The notes under the pieces: model-generated | Told to the model about the DNA's origin: nothing | Seen by the model: the letters and a program-made list of their open reading frames with translations, nothing else | The model's database searches: none | Shown here: positions 15,463-29,256 of the stretch, piece after piece | Layout: the number at the start of each line of letters is the position of its first letter | Position numbering within the stretch: position 1 is the stretch's first letter | Source: Squalus acanthias | Lineage: Eukaryota | Direction of reading: 5' to 3' | DNA: 64,000 bases | Assembly: GCA_030390025.1 (NCBI GenBank) | Contig: CM059432.1 | Span: 127,412,001 to 127,476,000, forward strand | Made by a program: the position numbers and the translations under genes

Positions 15463-18400
15463 ACTAAAGTTTTTTAATTGAAGTTGAAGAACTCCTCGAA
15501 AATGTACTGATCAACATTACTGTCTTAAATCAACCAAAGCCTATCAACTATATTTCAGGGTTCAGTTTCATGTGTTTTCAAGGTTTAAATAGCTGTTTAA
15601 ATTAAGAAATGGGCTGTTAGGTGGCAAAGTATACAATTGTTGGATGATTTTCCATCCACGGGTCATTCTATTTATACTGAAATCTTTGCAAGTTTCTTGC
15701 AGATGTTTGATTTACTGTGATAAAATGGTCCCTATTTGCTTTATTGAAATAAGGAGCCTAAATTAATACACAGATATGATCCTAACTCTGTAACACTGTG
15801 TTTATGAAATACGAAGTCGCACAACACCAGGTTATAGTCCAACAGATTTATTTAAAATTACAATATGAAATACAAGTGCAAAGATTTCTGCTTTAACCGA
15901 CAAATAGGTAATTTATAGTCTGTTTGCAGACTAGTCCCAGTATGACAACGATGTTGAAAGCAACATTCTTTATGCTTTGCTATTTGTTCACACCTCACGT
16001 TGTGGTGCTCAGTGTTGTAACCTTGAAGACCATCACTCAAATTGGCTCATGTTTTATAAATTGATGGAAAACGGAATCTGCGAAGCACAGGAGTTGTTCA
16101 ATTTCAGAATTAGCGAAAACAAAATTATAATAGTAAAATTCTCGTGAGAACAAAATATTTCCGTCTCAACTGAGATTGACTTGAACTCACCTTTATTTTG
16201 GGGTGATAGATGAATCTCTGTGCTGTGGCAATGCCATCAATCTAGGGGTGCAGAGAAGTACTAAGATTTTCCCTGTCTGTCGATGCCACCTCTCTACCAG
16301 ACTCAAACGCTTTGACAGCAGCTATGGAGAAGATGGTGGCCCAGCCCATTCACCTTTCAGCCAGCAAGAGTATTGGTAACGATTGGCTGAAAAATGAAGA
16401 GAAATATAACAAAAAAAGATTGGGAGATATTGTCAACAGGGACGTATCAAGGCTTAAAATGTAGAAAAATATTAAAATTGGCTCCAAAAACATTTGGAAA
16501 AAAAAATATATGTGAAAAGCAATGACCATTAGGAACAATCAGGCTGAGTGAAGAGGTTAAGATGCCTCACATTTATGAGGTGTGCGAATCTAAATGTAAA
16601 GCGGCTCCAAACCCAAATCCACAAGCTTAGGCGACTTTGACAAGTTCTCACCTGAGTGGATCACACAGCGCCTTGATGTTGTTATTGTGGAGACGTCCTT
16701 GATTGCTGGCTTGGCTAGCCAACTGAAGGCAACTGTATAAGCACCCAAGGAGGCAATGAAATATAGCCGCCATGTTTTAGGAGGAACTAGCTTGCTTTTA
16801 ATGAGTGGGCTGGAGCACTTAACAATCGCACAACTCAAAAGCATTCAGATTCGTTTCCAGGAAAGAAGCTAGATTTTTATAGCTCTTAACAACAACAGCT
16901 TGTATTTATATAGCGCCTTTAACGTAGTAAAATGTCCCAAGCTTGGTGGGAGTGCTGAGGGTTTAGGTGAGGGGGGCTGGACTCTACTGAGAGTACTACG
17001 ACATTATAGAAATGAAACAGGATACGCAGAGCCCATCATGTTCATCTTGCTTTACTTGGATATGCAATACCATTAATGTAGCTCGAATGGTATTGTTAAT
17101 TCATGTTTTATAGAGAAAATATGTAAAATTAACTGCTCATGATGACTTCTGTTACCACTGCTTAAACAATCGCATTTTAAAAAATATTTTCCATCTCCAG
17201 TCTTGGGTTATTACAAAGTTTAAAAAAAAATTCTGTTACTAGCACTTGAGGCTTTCTTGCTTATTAGTTCTCCTGAATTTTAGATGCTAGTGAACTCAGG
17301 ATAGTTTCACATTACTGCCAGAATAAAGCAAATACACACCACTACAATTGGCAAACTTGTGTCAAGCAGTAATTACTAGCACAATTGCACACTCAGCAAT
17401 GGTTGCTAAATTGAATTGCTTGTGTAACTGGAAATAACTTACGATCTGATAGCAGACCATTGGCAGATATTGTAAGGTATTGTGATCAGCTTTGTTAACC
17501 AGTCAGAGTTAGAGGATTTGGATGAAATGTCAGGTTGTTGCTGAGTTACTGTCAATTTTCACAGAGCTGGCGCGATCAGTCGTAAACAATTCACAGCCTC
17601 TTCATTCTTCATGTCAGAGCAAGGTACAGTATGTTCCTTCACCGGAGGCTGTCAAAAATAAACCCAAACAGACACGTCTTATATCTTAGTTTGATAAATG
17701 TGATGTAATTTTTAAAATGAATATTAAATCAATAGTTTTAGTTGACAAACGAGTGTAAAGTTTACGCAGAAAACGCTGGAACTGTTCAGCAGGTCAGGCA
17801 GCACCTGTGGGAGATGGCAGACTACTTTATGTTTTGGGTGCACACCCTTCTTCAAATACGTTTTGAAGAATTGGTACCCAAAACATTAACGTGTCTGTTC
17901 TCTGCACAGATGCTGCCTTGACCTGCTGAGTGTTTCCAACATTTTCTGTCTATGTTTCAGATTGCCATCAGCAGCAGATTTTTCATTTCTTGTTTGTAAT
18001 GTTTGCTCGGTGATTTATTAAATGTGCAAAATAGTGTAGTGTTTTCATTCTAAAGTTAATCTTTCTAATTGGAATTGTATATACTGTATTTACTCTGCAT
18101 ATTTATCTGAAAGCTTTAAGGTGGTTTAGTATTTTACTGTTTAATGCTTGTTATCAATCATTAAAATTAAAGAAATGTTCTTTACGTTGCGTTGTTCTTC
18201 AGTTTATTGACAATAACAGTGATCATTTCTTCAGTGAAGAAACCTATATTTTACAGGTGAGGGGTTTGTTTTATGCTGTTCTGTGAGCTGCCAATGTTTA
18301 ACCAGCTGCTGAATGTGCATTTCAAAGATCACTATCATTGATAAGTTCTTCGTGATGTTTACTCCTCCACCACCACCATAACTTTGGTGGAAGTTCGGTG

Positions 18401-18532
18401 AAAACTCATTCACGCCAAAGTTACAGTTGCGGAGCAGGAGATGCCCAGAGAACATTCCTGGCATATGTCTCAGTGATGTACAAAGGCAGTTCAATCCATG
18501 GTCAGGAACCAACCATTCAGATAAAACAGCAT

Positions 18533-20805
18533 GGCTCAGAAATTCGATGATTTTATGCGGGCTGGTAAGGCCGGTTTCGTAGAAAAACTGGCGGCCACCT
18601 TGCGTTAGCCCACTTCCGGCGCGGAACACGGTGGCCGCCATATTGGGCAGGTCGGCAGCGCTGCTGTTGCCTGCGCTCGACGCAAGTATTTTAATTACCA
18701 GGAGCGTGATGTTAATCTGCGTGCGACGCTGAATTGACGCACGCTCATCCATTTTGGAGCTCACCGCTCCTCTTACAGCTCTCTCCAAAGCACGCCCCCA
18801 TGTGCAACCGTTGATGGCGCGTAGAGCCGGGAGAAAGCGGCGTTGAGCTATAAACCGCACAGTAAACAGCTACTGAGATAACTGGTAACTATGGAGAGCT
18901 CAGACTATGTAATTGGAGTGAAAACTGCATCCAATGAGATGCATCAAATCTCCCCCTTGGTCAATCAAACATAATAGGTGGTAAATACTTTAAAAATAAA
19001 CTATACTGTACTACAGTTGTAATAATCTCAGGAAAAAAATCAAAACTGCATTTCCTTAAATTTTATAAATTGGGTTTTCTAGTTTCGGAACTGATAAAAT
19101 AATATGCAAAGTTTGGAAATCTGTTTTTATAAGCCTTAACACCGTATTCTCACCAAGGGGGTGATTTTGCCAATGGGGGTGCGTTGGAGGCGGGACTGCT
19201 GCTTGTCGGGTTTTAGTCCCGCCTCCATCGACTTGTGGCCAACCCACGCTATTTTCCTTTGATTGACCTTGTTAAGCCTGCCCAGCGGGCTTAGCAGGCC
19301 AATTAAGGGGAAGCGGTTACAGAGAACGTCAGCGTATGACGTTTCATTTGTCAAAAAGTTTTGACAGATGAATTGTCATCGTTTGACAGCTCTGTGAAAC
19401 TGTCAAACACTGACATTCTATGTTGTTTGATGAGTCCTTGTATTCAAGACTCATCAAACCTCTTTTGTGAGCAGAAATTAGATGGCTGTTGCATCGGAGA
19501 ATCTCTGCCGGTGAGATGCGAGACTCTCCGCATCCCCAACTGTTGAAGCCTACAGGAAGAAACAAAGGTAAGTAAACTTTTTCTATCACTTTCCACTCAC
19601 CTCACATACTTACCTCTCCACACTTGCATCCATCACTTACCTCCACAGCGCACTTTTGCATCTCTCCGACCCCCGCAGACCCACTGCTCGTCTCAGTGAC
19701 CCTGGCGGGGTTTCCCGACGTCAGGAAGCCCGCGCCTCTGGTGGCAAAATGGGGATAATCCTTTTAACTGCCTTTTAACTGCCTGTTAATAGACAGTTAA
19801 GTGGCTGTAATCGCCTTCCTGCCTCCAGGAGACGGGACCCGGTGCGGGACGGCTACCCGCCTCCTGGGAAGATGGCACGGAGGCGGGTTGGGGGTGGGAT
19901 GGGTACCCGCCCCCAGATTCTGCCATTTTCCCGGCAGTCCCTCCTCCAAACCCACCTCCCCAGGGCTGGCAAAATCCATCCCCAAGAGTTCTTCAAAAGT
20001 TGTCTGCTGTTATAAATTTAACTGAACTCTCTTTTGTACAATTTACACCAGTAAACTCCTGACCAAGAGGTTCAAGTTACCCTCTTAAAATGTTTTTTTA
20101 TTTCAATTGATTTCTCCGGCAATGGTTTAAGGACATCTATGCCACCGTCTTTATGGTGTTTCCAGCCACAGTCCCTTCAGATCTAAGCCTGTGCTTTAAG
20201 ACCCACTCACCAGGGAGTGAATCCCCTATGCGATATGCAGGCTAGTGCACTGTCACTGCGAGCTGCAAGACAGTGCATCCCCCTCCTCCTCTAGCACCAT
20301 GGTGGAGCACAAACCTCTACACAGCAACCATCTGGGTGAAACATCTGTGGACCTATGGTAGCCAGTGAAGGTGGAAGTACCAGGCAGTCTGGAACCCATT
20401 TGTGGACCCCACACAAGACCCAGACAAATATCTGAGAAAGTAAGAGGGGAGCCGTGGACAAACAAATGCCTCCTAATGTGCCGCAGCGCACAATGCTCCA
20501 ACCCTACAAGGGCCATCAGCGGACTCGATACCTCCTGACCCAGCAAAACCCAGGAACCGCCACCAAATTATCCCAAACAGCACATTGCCCGAGAACGCCG
20601 CACTGATCCTTCAGACGCGACCTTCGGCTTCCTGCTGAGGTTACCGCTGGAAAGAACGCGTTGCACAAGAGGTTCTCCACTCCGCTCATGTAACTCAGCA
20701 GGAACACCAGAATACCGGTGCTGCCTGCACTCTTTTTGCAGGCAGCCGTTAACCTCGGCCCGCGGTGGCGCCGGCCGTTTTCCGGCCTAATCGAATTTCT
20801 AGGCC
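18533..20805. mobile_element. Non-autonomous Harbinger-like element hosting a nested MITE
   Basis: TIRs ggctcagaaattcgat / atcgaatttctaggcc; CAT on both flanks (3-bp TSD). Confidence 0.65.
19157..19982. mobile_element. Harbinger-type MITE with an internal hairpin cluster
   Basis: TIRs gggggtgattttgcca / tggcaaaatccatccc; CAA TSD; partial sister copy at 58140-58450. Confidence 0.75.
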
Positions 20806-21188
20806 CATATATTTTTTTACAAGATGCTGTCTGGTCTGCTGAGTATTTCCAGCATTTTCTGTTTACATTTCAGATTTTCAGCATCCGCAATATTGTGCCT
20901 TTATATTTTTTTATCAGCACTTTGTTTTTACAACTGAGCATTTTGCTTGTTCTAGGACAAACTGGTTTACAATGTGACAACCAGATGTGATGCTGCAGGC
21001 GAATGGCTTTGGAGAAAGCTTGCTGTCTTGGGAGGCACATCTAGTTTGAGTAATTAGGGCAAGGGCCTTTCAGTTTGCACATGCAATGTCATTGTTGTTC
21101 AGTATCCCAGTTTCCACATGGGCACTATCAATGATCCCCTGAACCTACAGTGTTAAGGCCTGAAAGGTAAGAATGGCATAATAACTAA

Positions 21189-21943
21189 GGGGGAAAATAT
21201 GGGTTGCTTTGCGCCTACCGTTAGTGAGGGTGCTAATGGCGCACAAAGCAACTAGCACCTGGGCACAGTGCCGCCCACGCCTCCCGCAAAATTCAACGAG
21301 AAGTTAGCGGCAGCTCTAACCGGTAGCACCCCGTGGCGCTGCGCCACCAGCGATGACATCATCACCGTGCACAGTGCCCCGCTCACGCCCCAGCCACGAT
21401 CTTCAGGAGCATCCCCTGACTTACCGCCGAACGCTATGTCCGACAGGGTCAGGGGGGCCTACCTGCAGCCGGGGAGGCACAATTTAAAGGCAAGGTGCGG
21501 AGCGGCCATTTTCGTTGCTGGCTGCCTGCCAGCACCTGCCTGCGCTCCCGTCCCCGGCCTCCTGAACGGCCCCCCCCCCGCGGAGTGCCGGCTGCGCTCC
21601 AATCGCCCGGCACTTCTCTTGAGTACCGGGCTCTTTTACCGGCACTCCTGATCCCCGGGGGTCCAGCTGGGCCCCGGGTCACGCTGCACAAGGCCCCTCC
21701 CCTTTAAGAAGGGGAGGAAGGCCTGCAATACCGCAGCACGACATGCTGCAATGCATGGCGCTGCGGCATGTAGCGCCACAAAATTGACTCGCAGCGCCCC
21801 AAGAGGGATGTGGGGCGCTTCCAGTAGTGCCCCGCTTCCCTCTTGGGGCGCAACCATTCAAGTTCCGACGTGGAGGCGCTAATTTTTCCGGGTGCCCCAG
21901 TGAAGTTAGCACCCCAAATGGGGCGCTACTCAATTTTTAGCCC
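21189..21943. mobile_element. Harbinger-type MITE
   Basis: gggggaaaatatg / caatttttagccc ends, TAA TSD, GC-rich with GCGCC motifs. Confidence 0.75.
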
Positions 21944-24608
21944 TAAGTGTTGTCGTTACCTTGACTGTCACGGAATGCAGTCCTGATTGAAGACTGGCCC
22001 TGCAGCTTATCGTTCAGGAGGCCAGTAACTTTCATCCATGTAAACAAAGCTTTACAGTGTCAGAATGCCAGATGATCAATTCAGTGTCAGAGTGTTCGTT
22101 TTTTAACTTTACCTTTGAATTTTTGTGGGGTGAAATTGTTCATTGGCGATAGAGCAAACTGGGCGATAGCGAATCGGCAGCCTGTTTACATCCCGCCAGA
22201 TCTTCTTTTCCAAAGTCAACGGGAAACAAAATCGGACGGGGTGTAAAACGTTATCTTATCAATTTTTTGCAATGACTTGTTTGTAGGTTGTTTCCAGTTT
22301 TACCCTGTTTTCATTTGGGGTCTTATCATTTCCACCGAACCAATATCTAAATTAATACTTTCTTTCTACACAATACAGTGCGACTCGTGTATCTGCATGT
22401 TGATAATTTATGTATTTGCATAGAGGACAGTAGAATAATTTTTTTGTTGCACAGTACAATGTAATATAAATTATATAATTTCAAACCATTAAGTGACTGG
22501 CTAGAGGCTCTGAAAATCTGTGTCCTCCTGCTATGAAACATTTATTGTCAGACAACCTCTGGTATCTGGGTGGTTTGCAGCTTTGGAAACTTTCAGATCC
22601 TAGAATCTGAGAAAAACTGTAATGAGGGAGACACCACAGCCTTAATCAAATCATGCGCAGATAAAGGAATAGAACTTCTGACTTGATAATCCGCTGGGTG
22701 GTGGGGAAGGGGGGACGGGGCAGTGGTGGTGCGTAAGGGCCAAGACGCAACCACCTTGGACCTCGTTGCCGACCCCGCCAAGCTTCGCAGGGTTGGGGAA
22801 GGTCCCTTAAATTCCATGGCCGTGCGAGTGCCCCCGGTAGCCAGTCCTGCAGCAAGTACGAACTTAACTTAAAGTAAACTGACATTGAAGGGTTAAGCGG
22901 CTGTGCTGTAAAGGCAGCTTTGTAAATTGACCAATTGTAAGAAATTGACCAAGCTTCATATCCCAGCATGCCTCGAGGAACCAACGGGACTTTTAAACGA
23001 ACTTTTAAAAAGCTATGAGCCGAACGGAATGCAGGAGGAAATTATTCATACAGAGACACAGACACGATTGATTGACTTTGCTAACCAAGGAAGCAGCTGG
23101 AATAATCAGATCACACAATGACTTGTGTTTGTTTAAATTTAACTGACTGTCCTGTCCTGTCCATTGAACTCCTGTGGTCAGGCTGATAACAAGACTTACA
23201 AATCAACACGACAGGTAATGACCATGGCTCCACCGAGTCTGGATCGGTTCCCTCATCCTTTGGAGATGTTAATATCAAATTGTTGCTGGAGTAAAACTCA
23301 TTCGCCAACCTTTCAGAATGCTGATAAGCCCGGAAATTTTCCCCATCGAAACACCTTTGTGTGATAATGGTTGAACATCGAACAGAATGAGGACATTTCC
23401 TTGTGTGATGATGGACTATTCACTGACCCAGGATGGGGAAGTGATCAAATTAAGCACTCTATAGATTTACAGAAACAGACAAGATTAAGATGGTCCAATC
23501 AAGGAGGGGGGGTGTGGGGGATGGGGATGCATCAATCAATTATCACGGGTATGATCTTTGTATTATAAAAAGAGTGCGTTTAGGGACAAACCTCAGCAAC
23601 TTGCAAGGGAACTGTGGACGGGTTTGATCACCCGGACAGATGGAAACATACTCCTCCAAGTGATCGCCGGGGTGAGCGGTGTTTGAAATTAAAGTGAGTT
23701 AAAGGGAACAGTGTATGTGAGTACTGTTTGAAGTTAAAGAGAACAGTGTATTGACGTTTGTGTGTTATTCGTAGTACAATAAACAGTTAAAAGAATACTG
23801 AGTTGTACTGAGTTGTGAACCTTGACCATTTTACCCCACCCGGACGGGTTCAGGTCGGATTCTGGAATTAGAGGATAAGAGGGAAGTTGCGGGTTCACCT
23901 ACCTACACCGCACATCTAGAGCACCCTCCCGCCAAAGAGGTTGGAAAGTCTGGGTGAAGAATGGCGGGGTGGGGGGAAGGGTAAGAGTGAGTGCCAGGTC
24001 CCCTCCCCCTGGAAACATCTGATAGCTGCAGGTGACACTGAGTTCTGACTGTTTTTTCACTTGTAAGAAATATATTAACTCATGTTGGACCACATTCCCA
24101 AAGGAGAATGGTAATGTATCACATCTAGTGCGATCGATCCCATTTTATACATGTGTATAAAGATACAATGCAGAAGCATTAGGAAGATAACCCATTGGTA
24201 TGATAATGACAAAGGGACTTGGTGCTAATTGTAATTGTGACTTAACCAAAACAGCCAGGGCCTTTAAGGTTATCAGTATTAGGTTTTCCAAAGCAGCTAA
24301 TGCAGCTGGGAGGGTGAGGCTGAGCTCTGGAGTATCCGCTGTGTACAGTGTTCATAGTTGCATCCTTTTGCGGCTCAATGCCTTGCTTATGTCTCAACAC
24401 TTCTCTGTGTGAGTATAAATATTCAATTGACCCATTTTGTGCTGTGTGTGCTGCTGCATTTATCAGTTATACTGCTACAGCGATGGTTACTGTGGAAATA
24501 TTGCTTATACAAATGTTAAGATGGAATGAGACAAGCTACATCAAAGTGGCTTTTGAAATAATTTCAACTGCATTCATTACTGACCTTTATCTCAAAACTA
24601 AAATCTAT

Positions 24609-24869
24609 GGGGGAAAAATTGGGTCGCGCCCCCTTTGGGGTGCTAACTTCGCCGGGTAGCGCCCCGAAAAAATTAGCGCCCCTGCGGCCGAAATGCACCT
24701 GTAGCACATAGCGTCCGGCGGTAAGTCAGTGGGCGCTACCGAAGATCGTGGCCGGGGAGCCAACGGTTACCACCGCCGCTGAATTTCGCGGGAGGCGTTG
24801 GCAGCACCACGCCCAGGCACTAGTTGCTTTGCGCTAATAGGAGGTGCAAAGCAACTGAATTTTTAGGCC
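24609..24869. mobile_element. Short Harbinger-derived MITE
   Basis: gggggaaaaattgggtcgcgcc ... gcaactgaatttttaggcc resemble both ends of the 51567-56126 element. Confidence 0.65.
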
Positions 24870-25123
24870 TTAATGTCTAAATAAATATTGATAACAAACA
24901 CATTGGGCTAAAAATTCAGGGGTTTAGCACCGACTATTACTGCTCGATTCAGGGGGAAAAAATGGCGGCGACCGCCGTACTTCCGCCCACTGTTGGTGGG
25001 TCCCGCGGCAGCGACCATTTTCATCTGGGCGGCAGCGCTGCTGATGTCGGCACTCGCGAAAATGTTGTAGATTATGCAGATCGTGACGTCAGTGAGTGTG
25101 CAACATTCACTTGATGCCTGATC

Positions 25124-25886
25124 TTTTTTTTATTCGTTCATGGGATGTGGGCGTCACTGGCAATGCCAGCATTTATTGCCCATCCCTAGTTGCCCTTGAG
25201 AAGGTGGTGGTGAATCCCCTTCTTGAACCGCTGCAGTCCGTGTGGTGAAGGTACTCCCATAGTGCTGTTAGGGAGGGAGTTCCAGGATTTTGACCCAGTG
25301 ATGATGAAGGAACGGCGATATATTTCCAAGTCATGATGGAGTGTGACTTGGAGGGGAACTTGGAGGTGGTGGTGTTCCCATGCACCTGTTGCCCTTGTCC
25401 TTCTAGGTGGTAGAGGTCGCAGGTTTGGGAGGTGCTGCTGAAGAATCCTTGGCGAGTTGCTGCAGTGCATCTTGTAGATGGTACACACTACAGCCACGGT
25501 ACGCCGGTGGTGGAGGGAGTGAATGCTTAAGGTGGTGGATGGGGTGCCAATCAAGCGGGCTGCTTTATCTTGGATGGTGTCGAACTTCTTGAGTGTTGTT
25601 GGAGCTGCACTCAGCCAGCTAAGTGGAGAGTATTCCCTCACACTCCTAACTTGTGTCTTGTAGATGGTGGAAAGGCTTTGGGGAGTCAGGAGGTGAGACA
25701 CTCGCCGCAGAATACCCAGCCTCTGACCTCCCTTGTTGCCGCAGTATTTATGTGGCTGGTCCAGTTAAGTTTCTGGTCAATGGTGACCCCCAGGATGTTG
25801 ATGGTGGGGGATTCGGTGATGGTAATGCCGTTGAATGTCAAGGGGCTGTGGTTAGACTCTCGCTTGTTGGGGATGGTCATTGCCTG
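25124..25886 (-). mobile_element. CR1/L2-group LINE 3' fragment, the insertion target of the ERV
   Basis: ORF 25186-25701 (LSTIYKTQVRS.REYSPLSW...WNSLPNS) and A-rich tail; LINE-like sequence appears to resume at 48233 (cgaatgtt..atcagcccaagcctg). Confidence 0.8.
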
Positions 25887-27405
25887 TGTAGCTTTTAAAA
25901 TCTCTTTAGAATAATTTGTCCATGACTACACAAACCACTCTGGGTACAGGTATATTGTGTATCAGTAAAGGTTTATTAAGCATTAAACATCCAGTACAAA
26001 GAAGTAATACTTAACAAGAAGATAGTCGCAGTTTGTCCATTGAACCCTGGTGTTCCTTCCGAGTGACTGTTTAACTCCTGCTGTGTTCTGTTGACTGAAG
26101 CTTATCATCCTCTGGTTTCGCACTGCTTTCAGTGTTCAATAGCTGTTTCTTTTATACTGTAGCTTCTTTTCCCTTTCAAAAATACATAGCAACTTGCAGC
26201 TGCTTGGGCTATCTCACCATTCTGACCTTCACAAGTACGGTCTATGATTTCCTCCCCTTTTCTGCTGTGAGCTTTACTATGAGAACTTTTACATCTTTTG
26301 CCTTTTCCATAGCCCATTATCTAGACTGGTCTGAAACTTCAGCGATAAGGGATGTTAGGTATTGAAAACCCTCGATCTTACTTTGAGACTTAATTAATGT
26401 TTTGTCCTTCACTGTCTTTTTGTTTTTAACATAACAGAAAATCTACACTACCTCAGCTCTATTCTTGCCGTTAACGTAATGTTGGCTTAATTTCACCATC
26501 ATGCTTTGATCTCAGCCATTCGCCATTTTATACAGGCTTTTTAGGTTTTTAACATACAATTTCACATAATGGGCCAGAAATTCGTCTCTCCGGCTTCCCG
26601 CGGGTGCAAGGATCGCGCGCGTACTTACCTACCGTGCCTGCCATTGTGCTTCGGGCCCGCGTGGAATTCGGCTCCTGGGCCTCCTCCAGCTGCCGGCGCG
26701 CAGTGCTTGCGTATCCCAGGGGCGCAGTTAGTTTGAAGCGTCCCCTGGGATCACGTGGGCCATGGAGAGCCAATCGGAGCAGGGAATCTTCATTCATAGA
26801 TTTGACAGGAAGACCTGTCAAATCTATGAATAGAGATCGGCCCCAAAACCTCACTAAAACTTCAAATAAATTTTTTAAAAACCACATTTTTAAAATAACT
26901 ATAAATTACATAAATTAACTACTTTAAACACAAATTTAAATTTTTGAAAAAATTAATTACACTTTTTAACGGTGCTAAAAATAAACTTACCTTTCTTTAA
27001 AGTATGTAAAAAAGATAAACCTGTTGAAAAAATGTTTAAATTGTACTTAATTCACCACTTACCTTGTTAAAAGCAGGCCTTGTGCCTCCTTTTTCCCCCA
27101 CGCAGCTTCTCCGTACTTACCCTCACAGAGAAACCTGAAAAAAAAAGAAGTTCGAGGACTACGCGCTGCCTCTCCGGCGCACGCGTTCGACCTCTGAACC
27201 CCTTCCTTCAGGGGAACGGAAGTTCCGGTTTCCAGCGCATGCACAGTGCATGCGCGAAACCGACACTTTTGTTGGGTCTACGGGTGAGTACACAGCGCGT
27301 ACTCACCCGTGGAGACCCGAAATTCTGGCCCATTATAGTTATTTACTAATGGTTATAGAATCTTAATAATGTTTACTAAATCCTACAGGTACACTCTATC
27401 CTACA
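25887..27405 (-). repeat. 3' LTR (~750 bp plus MITE insertion)
   Basis: Matches 47711-48232; TGTAG...CTACA ends; minus-strand TATAAAAG 26156-26149 and AATAAA 25977-25972; purine-rich AAGGTAAGG just upstream (27409-27417). Confidence 0.8.
26571..27331. mobile_element. MITE (GGGCCAGAAATT TIR family) in 3' LTR U3
   Basis: gggccagaaattcg / cgaaattctggccc; flanks aat/att. Confidence 0.88.
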
Positions 27406-27448
27406 GATCCTTACCTTGAGGGCGAGGCATTTTGCTGACCCCTCAAAA

Positions 27449-29256
27449 CTAAAATCTTACATATGGGTTTGTTCTCCCACATTTATGTAACTCTAAGCTT
27501 TCTCCGTTGTGATCATATTTAAACGCGATCAGGTTTTGTACGTTAGGTATTTCAGGTAGCAGGTGTAAACTAGTAAGCATATCAGTACTACAAGTTGGGT
27601 GATGACCAGTACATGGAAAATTATCCTAATCCAAGGAGGAATTTCCATGTTTGTCCCTATGTTGTATTATTAGTCCTAACAATTTTTGTCTCCCTACCTT
27701 GTGGCATTTGTGTTTAACTGGGTAGATTTTAATCAAACTTCTGATCTTACATAGTTCTGCATCATCGTAATAACTGGATAGCCCTGATAAGTGTTTCTTA
27801 GTGACCCAAGTGGGGAGACGTCCCTTATTGATGGTCTGAAGGTTTTCCCTAGTTTGCTCAATCAGCCAATTCCCGTACATAACGCATACATCATTATGGG
27901 CTGCTTGATCAGAGGCATTTCTGTTTTCTCTAATCAGATCATTAATTCTTTTGGCATGATCCTCTATCTCGTGTATGATGTCCCGCAGGTGTATGGTCAT
28001 TACCTGATCCTCCCTTAGCTCCTCGCTTTCTATGCTGTTTTCCTTACTGAGTATCTCCTTCAATTTCTCCCTTACCTTTTGTAATTGTCTCTGTAAATCT
28101 GCTGAGTCCATTGAGTTAACTATTGAGGTTACTGTGTTGAAACCCGTGAACCCATCATTTATCAATCCTCTTCTCCGCCTACTCTTTCCCTGGCTGTCCT
28201 CTTGAGTGGTACTAAGCTCGTGGCGGAAGGCCCCTTCTGTTTTCTCTATGCTCGTTGACAAAGTCGCCTTTTCCCAGTATTGGCTAAAAACCTGCTGCAG
28301 CATTCTTTGAGTTAATTGTGCTATTTTGTCAGGGCACCACATTGGTAGTATTGGGTCTGTTAAATTGAGGATAACAGGGGCCACTTCTGGTTTTACTTGA
28401 TGATACACTGCTTTATAGGTAGGGCTAATTACAAGACCATTCCCAGGTCCCGGTTTTAAGTGATTCTCGAGTACTCCCTCTTGGGGTTCTGAATGGTTTG
28501 TTTTCTCATAGGGTGTGAGCCTAACGCTATAGAAATACCCATCCTCCCTTACACATCCGGTTATCGCATTTTTGAATTCTACTATGTTGCAATCTTTATT
28601 CTCGGGGTCCTTATAATTTCCCCAACGTTTAAAGGTTGTCATAAAGGGTTCATTCCCTGCTGAGGTAATCTTTATATTAACTTCGGGGATATGAGGCCAA
28701 TCATCACTCTGATTTTTAAGGTCCAAGATAATACTTGACCCAATACAAGAATACTGGCCGGCGTGTTACTTCCACCACCGAGGCCAACATAATTGTACGC
28801 ATTCCTTGCTCTCTGAAGCTACTGGGCCCTGGTTTGATTCTTGTACCTGTTCCCAGATTCCATTATTTTTCTTCAGGAATTTCCACACATTTGCATCTTT
28901 GCTGTCTCCTATCCCGCACCTGATACACACACCATATCAATTCTTTTATTTCCCAACTATACACCTTTTCTTGCAATGTACCACAACCTGTCACATATGT
29001 TGTTGTTACATTATCTTTTGTACTGTTTCTGATCCAAACCGGAACATCCCCCCCCATATGTCTCAGATGAACCACTATGGTTCTTTGATTGTTTATGTCC
29101 GCCAGTAATTTGAGGTTCCGTTCCATAGATGGGGAGTGGTGTGCATTCGCCTCCTTGATCCAGTGTACAGATGTTGATGGTAAAGTCAAAAGTTTTTGTT
29201 ACCTCCGTAGAGCTCGCTGCACATCCAATCATCAATATCAGTATACAGAGCCACAT
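27449..29256 (-). pseudogene. env: ERV env copy A
   Basis: Signal peptide MWLCILILMIGCAASS; 366-aa ORF with RRRR|GLINDGFTGF furin site, fusion peptide and heptad repeat; out-of-frame TM segment. Confidence 0.85.

Noticed and set aside
26571..27331. Local hop of one MITE from the unit 2-4 site
   Set aside because: The MITE sequences differ far more than their flanks, which favours independent insertions
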